From IMG/VR virus record IMGVR_UViG_3300045988_174823: DNA of 64,000 nt; one strand, given 5' to 3'. Position 1 is the stretch's first letter. Each line of letters starts with the position of its first letter. This document shows positions 17,856 to 28,126 of the stretch, one piece after another. A program made the translations under genes and the position numbers. This DNA is from a virus. Under the pieces are notes generated by a model that saw only the letters and a list, made by a program, of their open reading frames with translations, did no database searches and was not told the DNA's origin.

Positions 17856-19951
17856 TCGCCTTTATAAACGTCGTTACTATCGGTCATATAATCGCGCGAT
17901 ACCTTGGCTAATATTCCGGTGAAGAACTCTTTCATGGAATCTTCTATTTCACCAGCCAAGGTACGTAAACCAGCCATATCAGTTACGTTTTGTGCTTGTC
18001 GGCGAGCAGCCACGTCCGACAGCGTTGGTTTGCTGTCCGTCAATACCGAAGAAGGCGCTCGCTGTGCGGCAACCGAACGGCGATATTCAGCAGCAGTACG
18101 TCCTGAAGTCAATCCAGGAATAATCTGCTTTAGCTGTTCCAAAGGTATATTACCGAAGTTTTCTGTAATATACTGATTTATGAACGGATTGTTGAACAAC
18201 TGCTCCCATGTCGCCTCTTCAGGATTCAAGCCGCCTTGACGGGCTAATTGCTGGAGCACAGCACTATTTAGTTCGATCTCACTGAGGCCGAACGACTGTG
18301 GGCTTTTAGGAACCCATCGCAGTGTACTCAGCGACATCTTATCAAGCCCTAAACGCTTACCGATATCGGACGATTGCAAAGCCATCAGTGTGTAGGCTTG
18401 TTGTGCTCCTTGTCCGTTGGCTATGGCAGCGTCTATGGCCTGAACAGCATTGCCCAGTCGCGCATCTTGAACGGCATTACCCATTTGCGACGAATACGCC
18501 ACTTGCGTCGCGTTCGCTACAACGTAATCCGGCCGATTGTAACGGTTGTAGTAATATTCCAGTTGTTGCTGTTGCATTTCCAGGCGTTCACGAGCGCGGG
18601 CATAACCAAGTTCTCCGCCAATTCCCGTATCAACGCCACGATTTCTGAGTTGTTCCAGCTGCTCTATGAGTTTAATCATGGCGCTGGAAGAAGTTTCCGT
18701 GCCATAACGCTCATAACGCGCCGCCCGAATTAGAGCGCCCTGCTCTAAATTATAGGTTCCTTCGTTGGCGCGAGCATAGAATACGCGGTTCTGCGTATCA
18801 GCCAACACGCCGCTTGTAGCAATAACATCTACCGCTTTTTGGATAAATTCAGCGTCGCTTATGCCTAATTGCTTACGAGTAACGGGTTCGTCATAAAGTC
18901 CACGGGTTCGGGCATCTATGACCGCTCCGGCGGCGCTGTACATAGCTTCACTGCCTGTACGACCACCCCACAGGCCGCGATAGTTTGCCAATTCAACAGC
19001 TCCTTCAATACGATCCGACGTAGCTGTAACCACCCTTCCAACGGCTGTTACAACGGCGGCAACTATCGCTGCCGGTAAAGCACCAGCCATCACCGAAGTC
19101 AATAGTGCAGCGCCGCCTGCTAAAGTGCCAATAACATCACCGCCTACTGCCGATGAGGCTACGCCTGCACCGCCAATAGCTAATCTTGACACGCCGCCTC
19201 CAATAATGTCTGCGCCGGGCTGACGTTGATCAAACTCTTGCAATCGACGCCGCGCTGTCACGTATTCATCTTCAGTGGCGGCGCGTTCCATATCGTCAAC
19301 GAGTTCTTTTCGCTGAAGACGCAGCCGTCCTATGTAAGAATCTTCATCCCCAGAAGATTTTTCGCGCGACTCTTTTCGTAACTCCTCCGCAACGGTCCGC
19401 AATGCGTCCGTCATTTCGCGTTCTACAGCAGCACGCTCACTGGACTCTTCGGAGGCTAAACGCTCGTCAATTCCTCCGTATTGCTGTTCAATGGCTCGCA
19501 AGCGCGGATTGTACCACGCATTAAGGTCTTGCGCAATAGTTTTACCTGACGGCAACGGTTTACCGTCGGGGCTGAACAACGTACCATCAGGCGCAAAAGA
19601 ATAGCGGCCGACACGCGCTTCACGTTCGGCATCGAGTTTAGCCACTTCCTCCGCGTAACGGCTGCTGTTCACCTCACGCTCCAAGTCGAAGCGATTCCGG
19701 ATTTCAGCCTGTCGCTGAGTGACGATACTACGTCCAACGCTATCGAGATAGCTGTTGAAACCGCTTTGGCCAAACATCGGACCGCCGCCTTGTGATAATG
19801 CGCCGCGCAGTTCACTTACAAGGTCCGAAATAGACGCACTCAACCGCACATCACCGCCACTCGCAGTAGGCGATTCCGGAGGCGTAGCAGGCGTGCTCGT
19901 ACCTCCGGACCCTTTGCCGCTAATATTAACCGTTATGTCTCTTTCGGCCAT
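17849..19951 (-). CDS. tail tape measure protein
   Basis: 700 aa with coiled-coil-type Arg/Glu-rich segments. A central Gly/Ala-rich hydrophobic stretch is present ('GGVSRLAIGGAGVASSAVGG...AAIVAAVVTAVG'). The gene lies after the chaperone pair and before the baseplate. Confidence 0.7.
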   Translation of the reverse strand: MAERDITVNISGKGSGGTSTPATPPESPTASGGDVRLSASISDLVSELRGALSQGGGPMFGQSGFNSYLDSVGRSIVTQRQAEIRNRFDLEREVNSSRYAEEVAKLDAEREARVGRYSFAPDGTLFSPDGKPLPSGKTIAQDLNAWYNPRLRAIEQQYGGIDERLASEESSERAAVEREMTDALRTVAEELRKESREKSSGDEDSYIGRLRLQRKELVDDMERAATEDEYVTARRRLQEFDQRQPGADIIGGGVSRLAIGGAGVASSAVGGDVIGTLAGGAALLTSVMAGALPAAIVAAVVTAVGRVVTATSDRIEGAVELANYRGLWGGRTGSEAMYSAAGAVIDARTRGLYDEPVTRKQLGISDAEFIQKAVDVIATSGVLADTQNRVFYARANEGTYNLEQGALIRAARYERYGTETSSSAMIKLIEQLEQLRNRGVDTGIGGELGYARARERLEMQQQQLEYYYNRYNRPDYVVANATQVAYSSQMGNAVQDARLGNAVQAIDAAIANGQGAQQAYTLMALQSSDIGKRLGLDKMSLSTLRWVPKSPQSFGLSEIELNSAVLQQLARQGGLNPEEATWEQLFNNPFINQYITENFGNIPLEQLKQIIPGLTSGRTAAEYRRSVAAQRAPSSVLTDSKPTLSDVAARRQAQNVTDMAGLRTLAGEIEDSMKEFFTGILAKVSRDYMTDSNDVYKGEW

Positions 19952-19962
19952 TGTTATCTGCG

Positions 19963-20298
19963 TTAAAAGTCATCCAAATTGATACTGTCGTAGTCCTCGT
20001 CGATTTCTTCCTGGCTCAGCCGCAAAACCCGCGAATCGTAGTCATCACCCATGACCTCGCGTTCTTGTCTTTCACGCGCCATACGTTGCAGTAGTACTTC
20101 TTCGCGGTACTCGTGTAACTGGTCGAAGAAACTCATTGCCCGATGTTGCGGCGACCCGAAGGATACGCCGTGTTTTCTTCGCCACCAAAGGTCGAGTGGA
20201 AACCGCGTCAGCCACCGCTCGACGCTCCGATCCAACGTGTCGTTAAGCGTCGGCTCCGCCTTTGGTGTTGAGCGACGGCTGGTTGTTTCCTGCCTCAT
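19963..20298 (-). CDS. putative tail assembly chaperone (second ORF of the pair)
   Basis: 111-aa acidic ORF that overlaps the upstream ORF by 56 nt. The call rests on its position between the tube and tape-measure genes. Confidence 0.45.
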   Translation of the reverse strand: MRQETTSRRSTPKAEPTLNDTLDRSVERWLTRFPLDLWWRRKHGVSFGSPQHRAMSFFDQLHEYREEVLLQRMARERQEREVMGDDYDSRVLRLSQEEIDEDYDSINLDDF

Positions 20299-20656
20299 AC
20301 AATTTCGACATCATCGAGTTGTACCACGGAGCAATTTGCTGCTTGTACCACGCCGTGAGTTCCGACGCCAACGCCGAATCAACACTCATCATCGACTGGC
20401 TCTCAGGGATGTTCAGCATATTGCGAACGGCCTTGAGTTTGATTTCGATAAATGCCATGGCGTCGATAACATCCACGGCATAAATCATACTCTTCACGCC
20501 GCTGGCCAGCATAACGCCATAACGGCCGCCAGAGTACGCAGTTTTGAGGTTTTCAATGTCGATCATCTCGCCGACGTTCGGGAACTTGACGTTGAGTTTT
20601 GCACCCCGGAACTCTACCACTTTCACCTCGGCGAGTTGTTGCTTGTAATCTTCCAT
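20243..20656 (-). CDS. putative tail assembly chaperone
   Basis: Start set at the ATG at 20656 ('MEDYKQQ'), because the track extension to 20695 runs into the upstream terminator hairpin. The call rests on position after the tube gene. Confidence 0.5.
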   Translation of the reverse strand: MEDYKQQLAEVKVVEFRGAKLNVKFPNVGEMIDIENLKTAYSGGRYGVMLASGVKSMIYAVDVIDAMAFIEIKLKAVRNMLNIPESQSMMSVDSALASELTAWYKQQIAPWYNSMMSKLYEAGNNQPSLNTKGGADA

Positions 20657-20681
20657 TTTTAGGACTATTTTGTTTAACAAT

Positions 20682-20717
20682 AAAGAGAGCGCCACGGGTC
20701 TTTCGTAGCACTCTCTT
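20682..20717 (-). terminator. stem-loop after the tail tube gene
   Basis: Minus strand AGAGAGTGC...GCGCTCTCT followed by TTATTGTT, about 30 nt after the stop at 20747. Confidence 0.45.
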
Positions 20718-20746
20718 TATACTTGATGTTGGTGCACAACGCGGTT

Positions 20747-21247
20747 CTACTCGCTGATACCGTCAAAGAGGATAGGGTTAATATACTCAAACTCGGTATC
20801 ACGGCCAGAAATTTGCCCCTCCTGGATGTCGAAGCCCTCGCGCGTAGCGAATGCCCCCTTTACCAGAGCAAACGTTTCATACGTGGCCTTCACGAGTCCC
20901 GTTTCAGGGTCGATTTCCCCGTCTTTCACCTTGCGTTGAATAGCGAACTCCAACCCTTCCTCCTGAAGCAGAATGGCGTTGGCCCATTCCTCGATACTGG
21001 TAGTCTGGCGGAAAGTACCTTTCTTCGATACGTTGGCCAGACGATTGAAGTTAATGGAGTACGAACTGCAACTCAGCGATCCGCTCCACTCCACGGCCGG
21101 AACCTCACTGGGGGTAAGGCTGCCAAGGCCTACAACACGCCCACGGCGGATACTTTCCGTCACGCGAACGTTCTTCATCTTACCGACGGCGACGCTGTTG
21201 ATGCGGATGATGGCAAGCGGCGCAGTCATGACTCTTTTATTCGACAT
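20747..21247 (-). CDS. tail tube protein
   Basis: 166-aa ORF directly downstream of the sheath gene. Size and order are typical of contractile tails. Confidence 0.65.
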   Translation of the reverse strand: MSNKRVMTAPLAIIRINSVAVGKMKNVRVTESIRRGRVVGLGSLTPSEVPAVEWSGSLSCSSYSINFNRLANVSKKGTFRQTTSIEEWANAILLQEEGLEFAIQRKVKDGEIDPETGLVKATYETFALVKGAFATREGFDIQEGQISGRDTEFEYINPILFDGISE

Positions 21248-21266
21248 ATATCGCTCCTTTCTTTAA

Positions 21267-22952
21267 TTACGAGTTGAACACATAATCGAGCATGTTCCCG
21301 ATGAAGAACGTCTTGTTTACCGGAACGTTCGGGACGAAGTCATATGTGACCTTGTAATCACCGTTCTTGGTCGAAACGTTCACGTTCTTCCACGAGATAA
21401 TCAGGTTGTCGTCACCAACCTTAGCCACGAGCGACGTCAGTTTGGTTTCGGTGAAGTCCTTCACGGTATTAGGCGAAGCCTGTGCTGCCGTATTGCCAGT
21501 GAAGCGCGTCTGGCCGTCGAGAATCAGCTCCTTGTTGAGTTGAGCCTTGATGAGAGCAATCGACAACTCAAACGTTTGGCCGTCTTCGGCAATAGTCTGC
21601 TTGTTGTTTTGCAACGACGTAATACCTTGATTGACGCGATAATAACCCGAAACTTCGCGAACGTGCATAATACCTGCCTGAAGCGCCTTAACACGCTCGC
21701 TGAACGTAAGGTCGTAGGCGTAGGCGTCGTATCCCACGCGCTTGAATGTAACGGGCGTCTGGGCAGCCATACCAGCATTCAGACCCATGATAGCAGCGGC
21801 CAGGTAAATCGACGGCAAGTTCTTGGTTCCGTTACCGTCCTTACGGGCCACCGTCGGCGAACCGTGGACGATTATTACCTTTTCGTCGTTGTAGTGAACG
21901 GCCAGCGCCTGCGAAGTCTGCGTAACGGTATTGGTAGTGAGCAGATCGGTCTTACCCTCGCCGCCAGCCACGAACATAAACTCGTCAAACTTGGCGTCGT
22001 TCTTCAGGAACGTGAACAGTTTACCGTTCGAAGAAGCCTTGGTTCCGTTCACCACGCCGTAGTCCGTACACAGGAAGAACGTAACCTCCAGTTCGCGGAT
22101 AGCCTCCAACACGTCAGAGTAGTACTCGTTCTCACCCCTAGAACCCTGATAAGAGGTCGTGCCGCCAGCAAACGCCGTCGGTTCCATAGCCTCAATAGCC
22201 GTAGTACCTACAAACGCCGAACCCTTAGCAGGACGGAAATTAGCCATAACCATCGACGAAGTGATGAGCCAGTTGTAGAGTTCGTCGTAGGTGCCAATCT
22301 CACCCGACTGGGCTACCATCTCACCGTAAGCCTGTGCAAATGTATAAGTGCCATAAGGTTCGCCTGCAGCGTCCGTACCGCGATAGTTACCGCGATAAAT
22401 CGTAGCAATAAATTTCGACGTATCGTCAACACCTGCCTTAATGGCCAAAGCATAGCCGACCTTCAGGTTCTCCAGCGTTCCGTTCGACAATTCACTCATG
22501 TCACCCTCGGCGATACCATTACCAACAACGCCCTCATTCAAGCACGTAAGGACGATGCTGTTGTTACCACTGCCGATGGTAAGTTTCGCCGGAGTAGTAG
22601 CAGCAGCGCGGGTGTAGTACAGGCGCGGCGTACCCAGCGAACCGTCGATAGGCGTAAACAGTTTTTGCGCCAAATCGGTAATCATGCCGCCGCCCATGAA
22701 GTCTGAGAAGTCTTCGAAATTCTCAAAAGCGTAAATGGCCTTGCGCCCAGAAGCGTCAACGCCGGCAATACCTGCGCCACCAGCGAACTCGTACGTCGCG
22801 TCGTCTGCCTTCTCCTGAGAAAGACCCGTGTCGATAATCATGACGCGACCGAACGAGGCCACGTTGACTACCGAAGTAGGCTGATAGACAGTGATCGCGT
22901 ACGAACCCGGCTCAACGTAGGTTTTGCCATTCATCGTTACCACAGTACTCAT
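21267..22952 (-). CDS. contractile tail sheath protein
   Basis: 561 aa. The N-terminus 'GKTYVEPGSYAITVYQP' resembles the sheath start motif. The sheath-tube-chaperone-TMP order is present. Confidence 0.7.
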   Translation of the reverse strand: MSTVVTMNGKTYVEPGSYAITVYQPTSVVNVASFGRVMIIDTGLSQEKADDATYEFAGGAGIAGVDASGRKAIYAFENFEDFSDFMGGGMITDLAQKLFTPIDGSLGTPRLYYTRAAATTPAKLTIGSGNNSIVLTCLNEGVVGNGIAEGDMSELSNGTLENLKVGYALAIKAGVDDTSKFIATIYRGNYRGTDAAGEPYGTYTFAQAYGEMVAQSGEIGTYDELYNWLITSSMVMANFRPAKGSAFVGTTAIEAMEPTAFAGGTTSYQGSRGENEYYSDVLEAIRELEVTFFLCTDYGVVNGTKASSNGKLFTFLKNDAKFDEFMFVAGGEGKTDLLTTNTVTQTSQALAVHYNDEKVIIVHGSPTVARKDGNGTKNLPSIYLAAAIMGLNAGMAAQTPVTFKRVGYDAYAYDLTFSERVKALQAGIMHVREVSGYYRVNQGITSLQNNKQTIAEDGQTFELSIALIKAQLNKELILDGQTRFTGNTAAQASPNTVKDFTETKLTSLVAKVGDDNLIISWKNVNVSTKNGDYKVTYDFVPNVPVNKTFFIGNMLDYVFNS

Positions 22953-22980
22953 AATGTTATATGTTTAGAAAATTTGGTTT

Positions 22981-23685
22981 TTATTTGGTTTTACTGCCGT
23001 CTGGGGTTATCGCTTCGCCATTAAACGGATCGCAAATGTTATAATTGTAGCTGATGGCCTTTACGACTTGGGAGCGTAATCTTGTTGGAACCGTGACCTC
23101 GTATTTGAACGCCAGCGTGAGAGCCTTATGAAATACAGTTGGCGGAATAATATCTTGCTGGAGAATGATGTCGCCGCCTGATATCCGCGGAATACGTAAC
23201 CCGACCAAGTCAAGATTCGGGGCGTACATCAGCAACATGGCTTTGAGTACGTTGTAAGCTATCATGGCCTCAGAAGCATTATCCGACGTTATGAGAACTT
23301 GGTACTGCGCATCCATCCACTGTGTGTACATAAATTGGTTGGCTTCAGCGTTCCACTCCTGCCCCTCGCCCAGAGGGGCGTCAGCGGCTTGTTCACCGGG
23401 TAAAATAATATGGACGGCCAAGGCGGTCGTGACCTGGGCGTTGTATCCCAAATGGACCTCCAAATTCGCTGGGTTAGAGAATATTTTCACCGCCTGACGG
23501 AAATAGTTGTAGGCGTTCATGTGGATAGGTTGGCCGTCTTCGTTCTCGCCAAGCAGTTGGAAGAGGATGGTGTTTCGGACTTCTTGTGGTGTAGCCAACG
23601 CGATGTCATCGCGTATCATCTTTACAATGGCCGTCAACACACGGGCTATAATCACCTCAGGGAGTATCAGTGCATCTACTTTCAT
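22981..23685 (-). CDS. neck / tail-completion protein (hypothetical)
   Basis: 234-aa ORF between the head-completion genes and the sheath. Confidence 0.45.
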   Translation of the reverse strand: MKVDALILPEVIIARVLTAIVKMIRDDIALATPQEVRNTILFQLLGENEDGQPIHMNAYNYFRQAVKIFSNPANLEVHLGYNAQVTTALAVHIILPGEQAADAPLGEGQEWNAEANQFMYTQWMDAQYQVLITSDNASEAMIAYNVLKAMLLMYAPNLDLVGLRIPRISGGDIILQQDIIPPTVFHKALTLAFKYEVTVPTRLRSQVVKAISYNYNICDPFNGEAITPDGSKTK

Positions 23686-24485
23686 AAGTTCTCCAAAAAG
23701 TTTACCGATTCGTTGTGTACTATGGTTTCGACATCCGTTTGGTCAATGGCCTTGTCGGAGAACCGCCGTGCTGCCAGTCCCGGGAATATCCAGCTGAGCG
23801 GATCACTGTTCTTCGAAGCGCGCCGGAACGAAACATACATATTCTGAGTTGTACGCGCATAAACGCCCGTTTGCTTGGTAATCCCCTCGTAGATGGAGTG
23901 CTTACGCAAATAGGCCGCGTAGGCAGGCGAACGATCGGTTGCGGCTATGGCCCGGCGCTCGGTTGGGATATTATACGGCGTAGGAATCTGCGAGGCACGT
24001 AGCCGCTGCCCGGTTACAAACGTGCGGACCGCGTCGTAAACCTCTTGAGGCATTTCGTCAGAAAAGCCTGCTTGACCTACTGTGCCTGGCGTGCCATGAC
24101 GGAACGGAATGGTCAAATACCAATCGCCGCCAGGACGTAGTACCGTGCCGTCCTTACGCAATACAGGCACAGTGTGGCGGACTCGCGATGACCGCTGGAA
24201 ATACTCCTTCTGGTCGAAAGGGGTTGCTCCGGCCTCCAACATCACAGGTAATTCCCCTGTAAGGACAATCGACTTGGCGAAACGGCCGCGGTCGATAATG
24301 TTAAGATTTTGGAGGTACTCGGGGCGGGTGGAGTTCAGACCCTGCTTGGCCAACGCTTGCCAGTTGGCATACACAGCAGCCGTTACGGCTTGAACACAGA
24401 GTTCAGTTAGATCGTCTATCTGAGCCTGCGTGAGGCCAAACTGAGCGCCTAAACCGCTAACGTCTATGTTGATGGGCCGTGCCAT
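23682..24485 (-). CDS. neck / head-tail joining protein (hypothetical)
   Basis: 267-aa ORF with 4-nt overlaps to its neighbours. Confidence 0.45.
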   Translation of the reverse strand: MARPINIDVSGLGAQFGLTQAQIDDLTELCVQAVTAAVYANWQALAKQGLNSTRPEYLQNLNIIDRGRFAKSIVLTGELPVMLEAGATPFDQKEYFQRSSRVRHTVPVLRKDGTVLRPGGDWYLTIPFRHGTPGTVGQAGFSDEMPQEVYDAVRTFVTGQRLRASQIPTPYNIPTERRAIAATDRSPAYAAYLRKHSIYEGITKQTGVYARTTQNMYVSFRRASKNSDPLSWIFPGLAARRFSDKAIDQTDVETIVHNESVNFLENL

Positions 24486-25318
24486 TATTTCACGGTGTTA
24501 TCGTACGGAACATCACCGTAGCGCATGAGCGGGAACACATACTCGGCCTTGCGGCCAACCACCTTTACAGGCATCGCCGTCAACGCTTCACGACGCGTGG
24601 CACAAGGTTTTCCCTCACGCACTTGCATAAGTTCACGATCAACGTCGATTATATGATACACAGGATAGTGCTTGTAACGAATGGAAACAGTCAAATTACC
24701 GACTTTAGCGTTCGGGTCGTTACTTTCTACCATGCCAATTAAATCCTTGTTGAAAACGACCCTGTTCTTATCCAAACGGAACTCGGCTGTGGTAAGCGGC
24801 CGCAACGGTTCGCCGTCGGCCACGTGGAGGAAGATGTCCGTTACCTCCAGCGGTTCATACACCGGATAGGCGAACAGTTCGTTACGGTAGATAGTAGGCC
24901 GCAATATCTCAGAGAAATAACCCTCCAAATCCAGCAACACCACACGGTCCATGAATCCCATACGGTCCACGGCGCGAGCGGTGATAGCCGCCGTACCGAT
25001 GTTGAGTTCGCTCCACTCTTCGTACTTACGGCGGTTGCCCATGGTCTGGGCGATGAGACGCGTCTCGCGGCGATTGACGAAGAACCATCCACGCCCGTAG
25101 CAGTTTTGACACGTTGACGATGCCTGTCCACTGGTCTTGTCAACGCACGGACAGCGCATAGCGCGGTCGATGTAGGCGTCATACCCCTGATCGTAGATAA
25201 GGCGTTCGAAACGCCCGACATCCCATCCTACGGCCGGACGCCCCGGTTGCGCGGGGGTCAGGCTCACGGGTGGGGTATCGACGAGCGAGGCGCTCAATAT
25301 GGGTTGTTTCTTAGCCAT
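24485..25318 (-). CDS. virion neck-module protein with CxxCxGxG zinc-ribbon
   Basis: 'RCPCVDKTSGQASSTCQNCYGRGWF' has two Cys pairs, the second in DnaJ-like CxxCxGxG form. Confidence 0.45.
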   Translation of the reverse strand: MAKKQPILSASLVDTPPVSLTPAQPGRPAVGWDVGRFERLIYDQGYDAYIDRAMRCPCVDKTSGQASSTCQNCYGRGWFFVNRRETRLIAQTMGNRRKYEEWSELNIGTAAITARAVDRMGFMDRVVLLDLEGYFSEILRPTIYRNELFAYPVYEPLEVTDIFLHVADGEPLRPLTTAEFRLDKNRVVFNKDLIGMVESNDPNAKVGNLTVSIRYKHYPVYHIIDVDRELMQVREGKPCATRREALTAMPVKVVGRKAEYVFPLMRYGDVPYDNTVK

Positions 25319-26112
25319 TACAGGACTTCAAAAGCTATTCCGCGGTATTGGTTCTTCAAATTCGGCAACTGTTGGTTCAGTTCGTCGAGGTATTGTTTGA
25401 TGCGGCCGCCGAAAAGGCCGCCCTGCGCCGAACGTGTCAACGGCGTGTTTTGTGACACCCCGTCAAGCGAAATACTCACTGACGACATGCCCACGCCGTA
25501 CAGTACATCTCCTAAAACTGCCAGAACGTTTAACGACGCCAACTTTGATATAAAATCCAATAAGTCGGCAGGTATCTCGTCCCATCCGGTGACGTATTTC
25601 AGCCGCCAGTAGTTCGGAATGTACTTTTGACCAAACCACCCCAAGTTAGGAGCAATGCCGTTGTAAACGTACGAATTCTGCGTCATGATGGCGCCCTTTC
25701 CACTGCCCGAGTTAGGAATCAGCGAAATATTACGATACACGGCTACTGAAGCAATCTTCTTGATAGATAACCACTCCGAGGGGTAGCGAGTCTGCATTAC
25801 AGAGTTGATAAAACCGCACAACGAATGAATACAGACCACGGGGTACATCGCACGGACGAAACCCCAATTGTTCCACTCTTCGCGAATGTAGTCGCGACTC
25901 TCCTCAATAACCTGCTTCTTGAGTTTGATAGAAAGCAGGTGTTCAACGCGAGCCTGGGCTACCTTGATTTGGGTCTTGATGGAAGACTCCGAACCCCGCT
26001 GACCGTCGGGCGAGCACATCGGAATGCCGAAAAGATAGTTTTCAGTCAACTCCGAAGGACTTATCACGAGGCCCTCGTTCTTGTTATAGAGGATGTCTAA
26101 TTGAAGAGTCAT
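25318..26112 (-). CDS. head-tail connector/adaptor-module protein (hypothetical)
   Basis: 264-aa ORF; call rests on synteny. Confidence 0.45.
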   Translation of the reverse strand: MTLQLDILYNKNEGLVISPSELTENYLFGIPMCSPDGQRGSESSIKTQIKVAQARVEHLLSIKLKKQVIEESRDYIREEWNNWGFVRAMYPVVCIHSLCGFINSVMQTRYPSEWLSIKKIASVAVYRNISLIPNSGSGKGAIMTQNSYVYNGIAPNLGWFGQKYIPNYWRLKYVTGWDEIPADLLDFISKLASLNVLAVLGDVLYGVGMSSVSISLDGVSQNTPLTRSAQGGLFGGRIKQYLDELNQQLPNLKNQYRGIAFEVL

Positions 26113-26152
26113 TTTGGTCTGTTTTGCGAGTCGTAACGGTAAGACGAGGAAA

Positions 26153-26527
26153 CTACTCCTCGACGGCGACAGCGGCCTTGTATTTCTTTACCAGATAGGC
26201 TGCCATCAATTTGGCGTTCTTCTTGAACTTCTTGTATTCGTCCTCAGGGTACTCAGCCTCGGCGGCAGTCTCGAGCATCTCTTCGAGCGACATGGCGCGA
26301 ATCTGGTCGATGATGGCCTTGTCCTGGTCCTCGGCTGGTTCAGCGGCCGGAGCCTCCTCTTCCTTTGCAGCTTTACCAACGACCGCCCATTCAGGGAGCG
26401 TCAGCAGATGACGGGCGCAGGCTTCAGATACGTTGATTTCGCCATTGTGGTCGATTTGAATAGTACCGTCAACAGGAACGGTAAGACGCGAACCGTACAG
26501 GGACGCGTTACTGGTTTTCAGTTTCAT
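26153..26527 (-). CDS. hypothetical head-associated protein (acidic)
   Basis: 124-aa ORF immediately after the capsid gene terminator. Confidence 0.45.
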   Translation of the reverse strand: MKLKTSNASLYGSRLTVPVDGTIQIDHNGEINVSEACARHLLTLPEWAVVGKAAKEEEAPAAEPAEDQDKAIIDQIRAMSLEEMLETAAEAEYPEDEYKKFKKNAKLMAAYLVKKYKAAVAVEE

Positions 26528-26543
26528 GGTTTACGATTTAATG

Positions 26544-26575
26544 AAAAAACAGGAGCGGGGCTACCCCCACCCCTG
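26544..26575 (-). terminator. rho-independent terminator after the major capsid gene
   Basis: Minus strand CAGGGGTGGGG-gtag-CCCCGCTCCTG followed by TTTTTT (plus A-run 26544-26549), about 25 nt after the stop at 26600. Confidence 0.7.
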
Positions 26576-26599
26576 TTTCTCGGTTGAACGATTGTTGCG

Positions 26600-28087
26600 T
26601 TAGTTGGAAGCGCGACCGATGTTGATGATACGAACCATCTTCTTCGGTGCGTACAGGAACGGCGTACCGTACAGCAGCACCATGAAGCGGTATGCGGGCG
26701 ACAGAATCGCCAGGTCCATCTTCATCAGCGGAGCCAGCTGAGCGAACTCGATGACCTCGTTGTCGAACTGTACCAGGAACGCCTGGTCGCAGTCGGGCAG
26801 GAAGTAGTTGTTGTCACGGCACAGATCGCCGGCAGCGCCTGCATAGCCAAGTTTCAGCTCGGCCACCGAAATGTCGAAGATCGGGTAGAACTTGCTGTCC
26901 TTGGTACCGCCTTTCTTCGTGCGGTAAATGCGATAGCCCGTAGCCGGGTGCGCATTGTCCACGATCGAGAACTTGAGATCGACAGCCGATCCTACCGTAA
27001 CGACAACCGGGATCTCGTTAACCACCAGCGACGACTCACCGTGGCGGTTGATGGCAGCAACTGCGTAAACGTAGTCGCCAGCATCCTCCGAATTGAACTT
27101 CGAGGTCGTCACGCCGGGCATAACTGCAGTCGGAGTGTTGGTATCCCACGCGGGAGCAGCAGGCGACTTCGGATGCGTGGACTGAGCGCCAGCCATCTTG
27201 AACGGCGCCTTCTTGAAGAAGACATCGTAGTTGAGGCCGATGCGGCCGAACTGCGAGTCGAATGCCTGAACGCGCTGACCCATGATACCGGCGCTGGTCT
27301 GGGCGGTGTTAGGCTGGATGAACTTGTTGCCATAGAACGTCTTGACGAAGTCCGACAGAACGGCGGGGGGAGCGTACAGCTCGGTTCCGAGACCGTAGTT
27401 CTCGACGATCGAGTTGGCAGCGCTCTCGATGGGATCCTCGGTCAGGCCACGACCGCGAAGGTCGATCACGTTCTCGGAGTTGAGGTAAGCGTCCAGACCG
27501 CTCCATGCGTCCGACTGCAGCTGCTGAGCCAGCAGACCGTTGAACTCCTGCGGGATGATGTCCGAGTTGCCGTAGTACAGCGACTTGTTCAGCTTGCGGA
27601 GAATCCACAGCGTACCGTCCTTGATGGTACGCTCCATGATGTTGCCCACCATCGTGTTGACGAGGGTCATCTGGTGCGTAACGGACTTGGTAACGCCGAG
27701 ATACTTCACGAGCTGAGCCCGGCGGATGTAGATCGAGTCTTCCTCGTCGGGGAGTTCGCCCTCGTTGGTGAAGCCACCGCGGTCAGCACCATACGATGCC
27801 AGCTGGTTGTACTCCTCAACGGTGTTGTAGGCGGCCTTTTTCGGCAGGTTCTTCCAGAGAACGATGTCGCTCTCGCGGAACGTCAGGTGTTTCAGAGTAC
27901 GCTCCAGCGACTCCACCTTCAGCGGAGCACCCGAAGCATCGGTCAAGTTCGTCGTTTGACGACCCGTGATGTCGGTTGCTTCGAGGGCTTTGTTCAGCAT
28001 AGCGACCTCTTCCTGACTGGACGAGCCGTACTGGGCACCACGTGCTTGGATGCCATAGTCGGCAAGATTGATAGAAAGTCTGTCCAT
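26600..28087 (-). CDS. major capsid protein with an internal FN3/Ig-like insertion
   Basis: 495 aa, directly downstream of the protease-scaffold gene, with strong GC3 codon bias and a strong terminator. Residues about 305-405 ('GDYVYAVAAINRHGESS...GYRIYRTKKGG') look FN3-like. Confidence 0.7.
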   Translation of the reverse strand: MDRLSINLADYGIQARGAQYGSSSQEEVAMLNKALEATDITGRQTTNLTDASGAPLKVESLERTLKHLTFRESDIVLWKNLPKKAAYNTVEEYNQLASYGADRGGFTNEGELPDEEDSIYIRRAQLVKYLGVTKSVTHQMTLVNTMVGNIMERTIKDGTLWILRKLNKSLYYGNSDIIPQEFNGLLAQQLQSDAWSGLDAYLNSENVIDLRGRGLTEDPIESAANSIVENYGLGTELYAPPAVLSDFVKTFYGNKFIQPNTAQTSAGIMGQRVQAFDSQFGRIGLNYDVFFKKAPFKMAGAQSTHPKSPAAPAWDTNTPTAVMPGVTTSKFNSEDAGDYVYAVAAINRHGESSLVVNEIPVVVTVGSAVDLKFSIVDNAHPATGYRIYRTKKGGTKDSKFYPIFDISVAELKLGYAGAAGDLCRDNNYFLPDCDQAFLVQFDNEVIEFAQLAPLMKMDLAILSPAYRFMVLLYGTPFLYAPKKMVRIINIGRASN

Positions 28088-28126
28088 GATTCGGAATTGA
28101 TTATGTTATGGAAATTGTTTGGGTGT

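Noticed and set aside
20243-20298. Canonical -1 programmed frameshift joining the two tail-chaperone ORFs (the gpG/gpGT paradigm)
   Set aside because: The downstream ORF is in the +1 frame relative to the upstream one, not the -1 frame. The 56-nt overlap ('GGAAACAACCAGCCG...ACCAAAGGC') contains no X_XXY_YYZ heptamer. The second ORF has its own ATG at 20298. A rare +1 event cannot be excluded, but nothing supports it.
21540-22706. 388-aa plus-strand ORF. Similar plus-strand ORFs occur at 38213-38899, 51142-52008, 34917-35666, 63008-63700 and 20051-20662.
   Set aside because: All are fully nested antisense to well-supported minus-strand genes (sheath, radical SAM and others). They have Arg/Ser/Leu-rich compositions and no independent signals.
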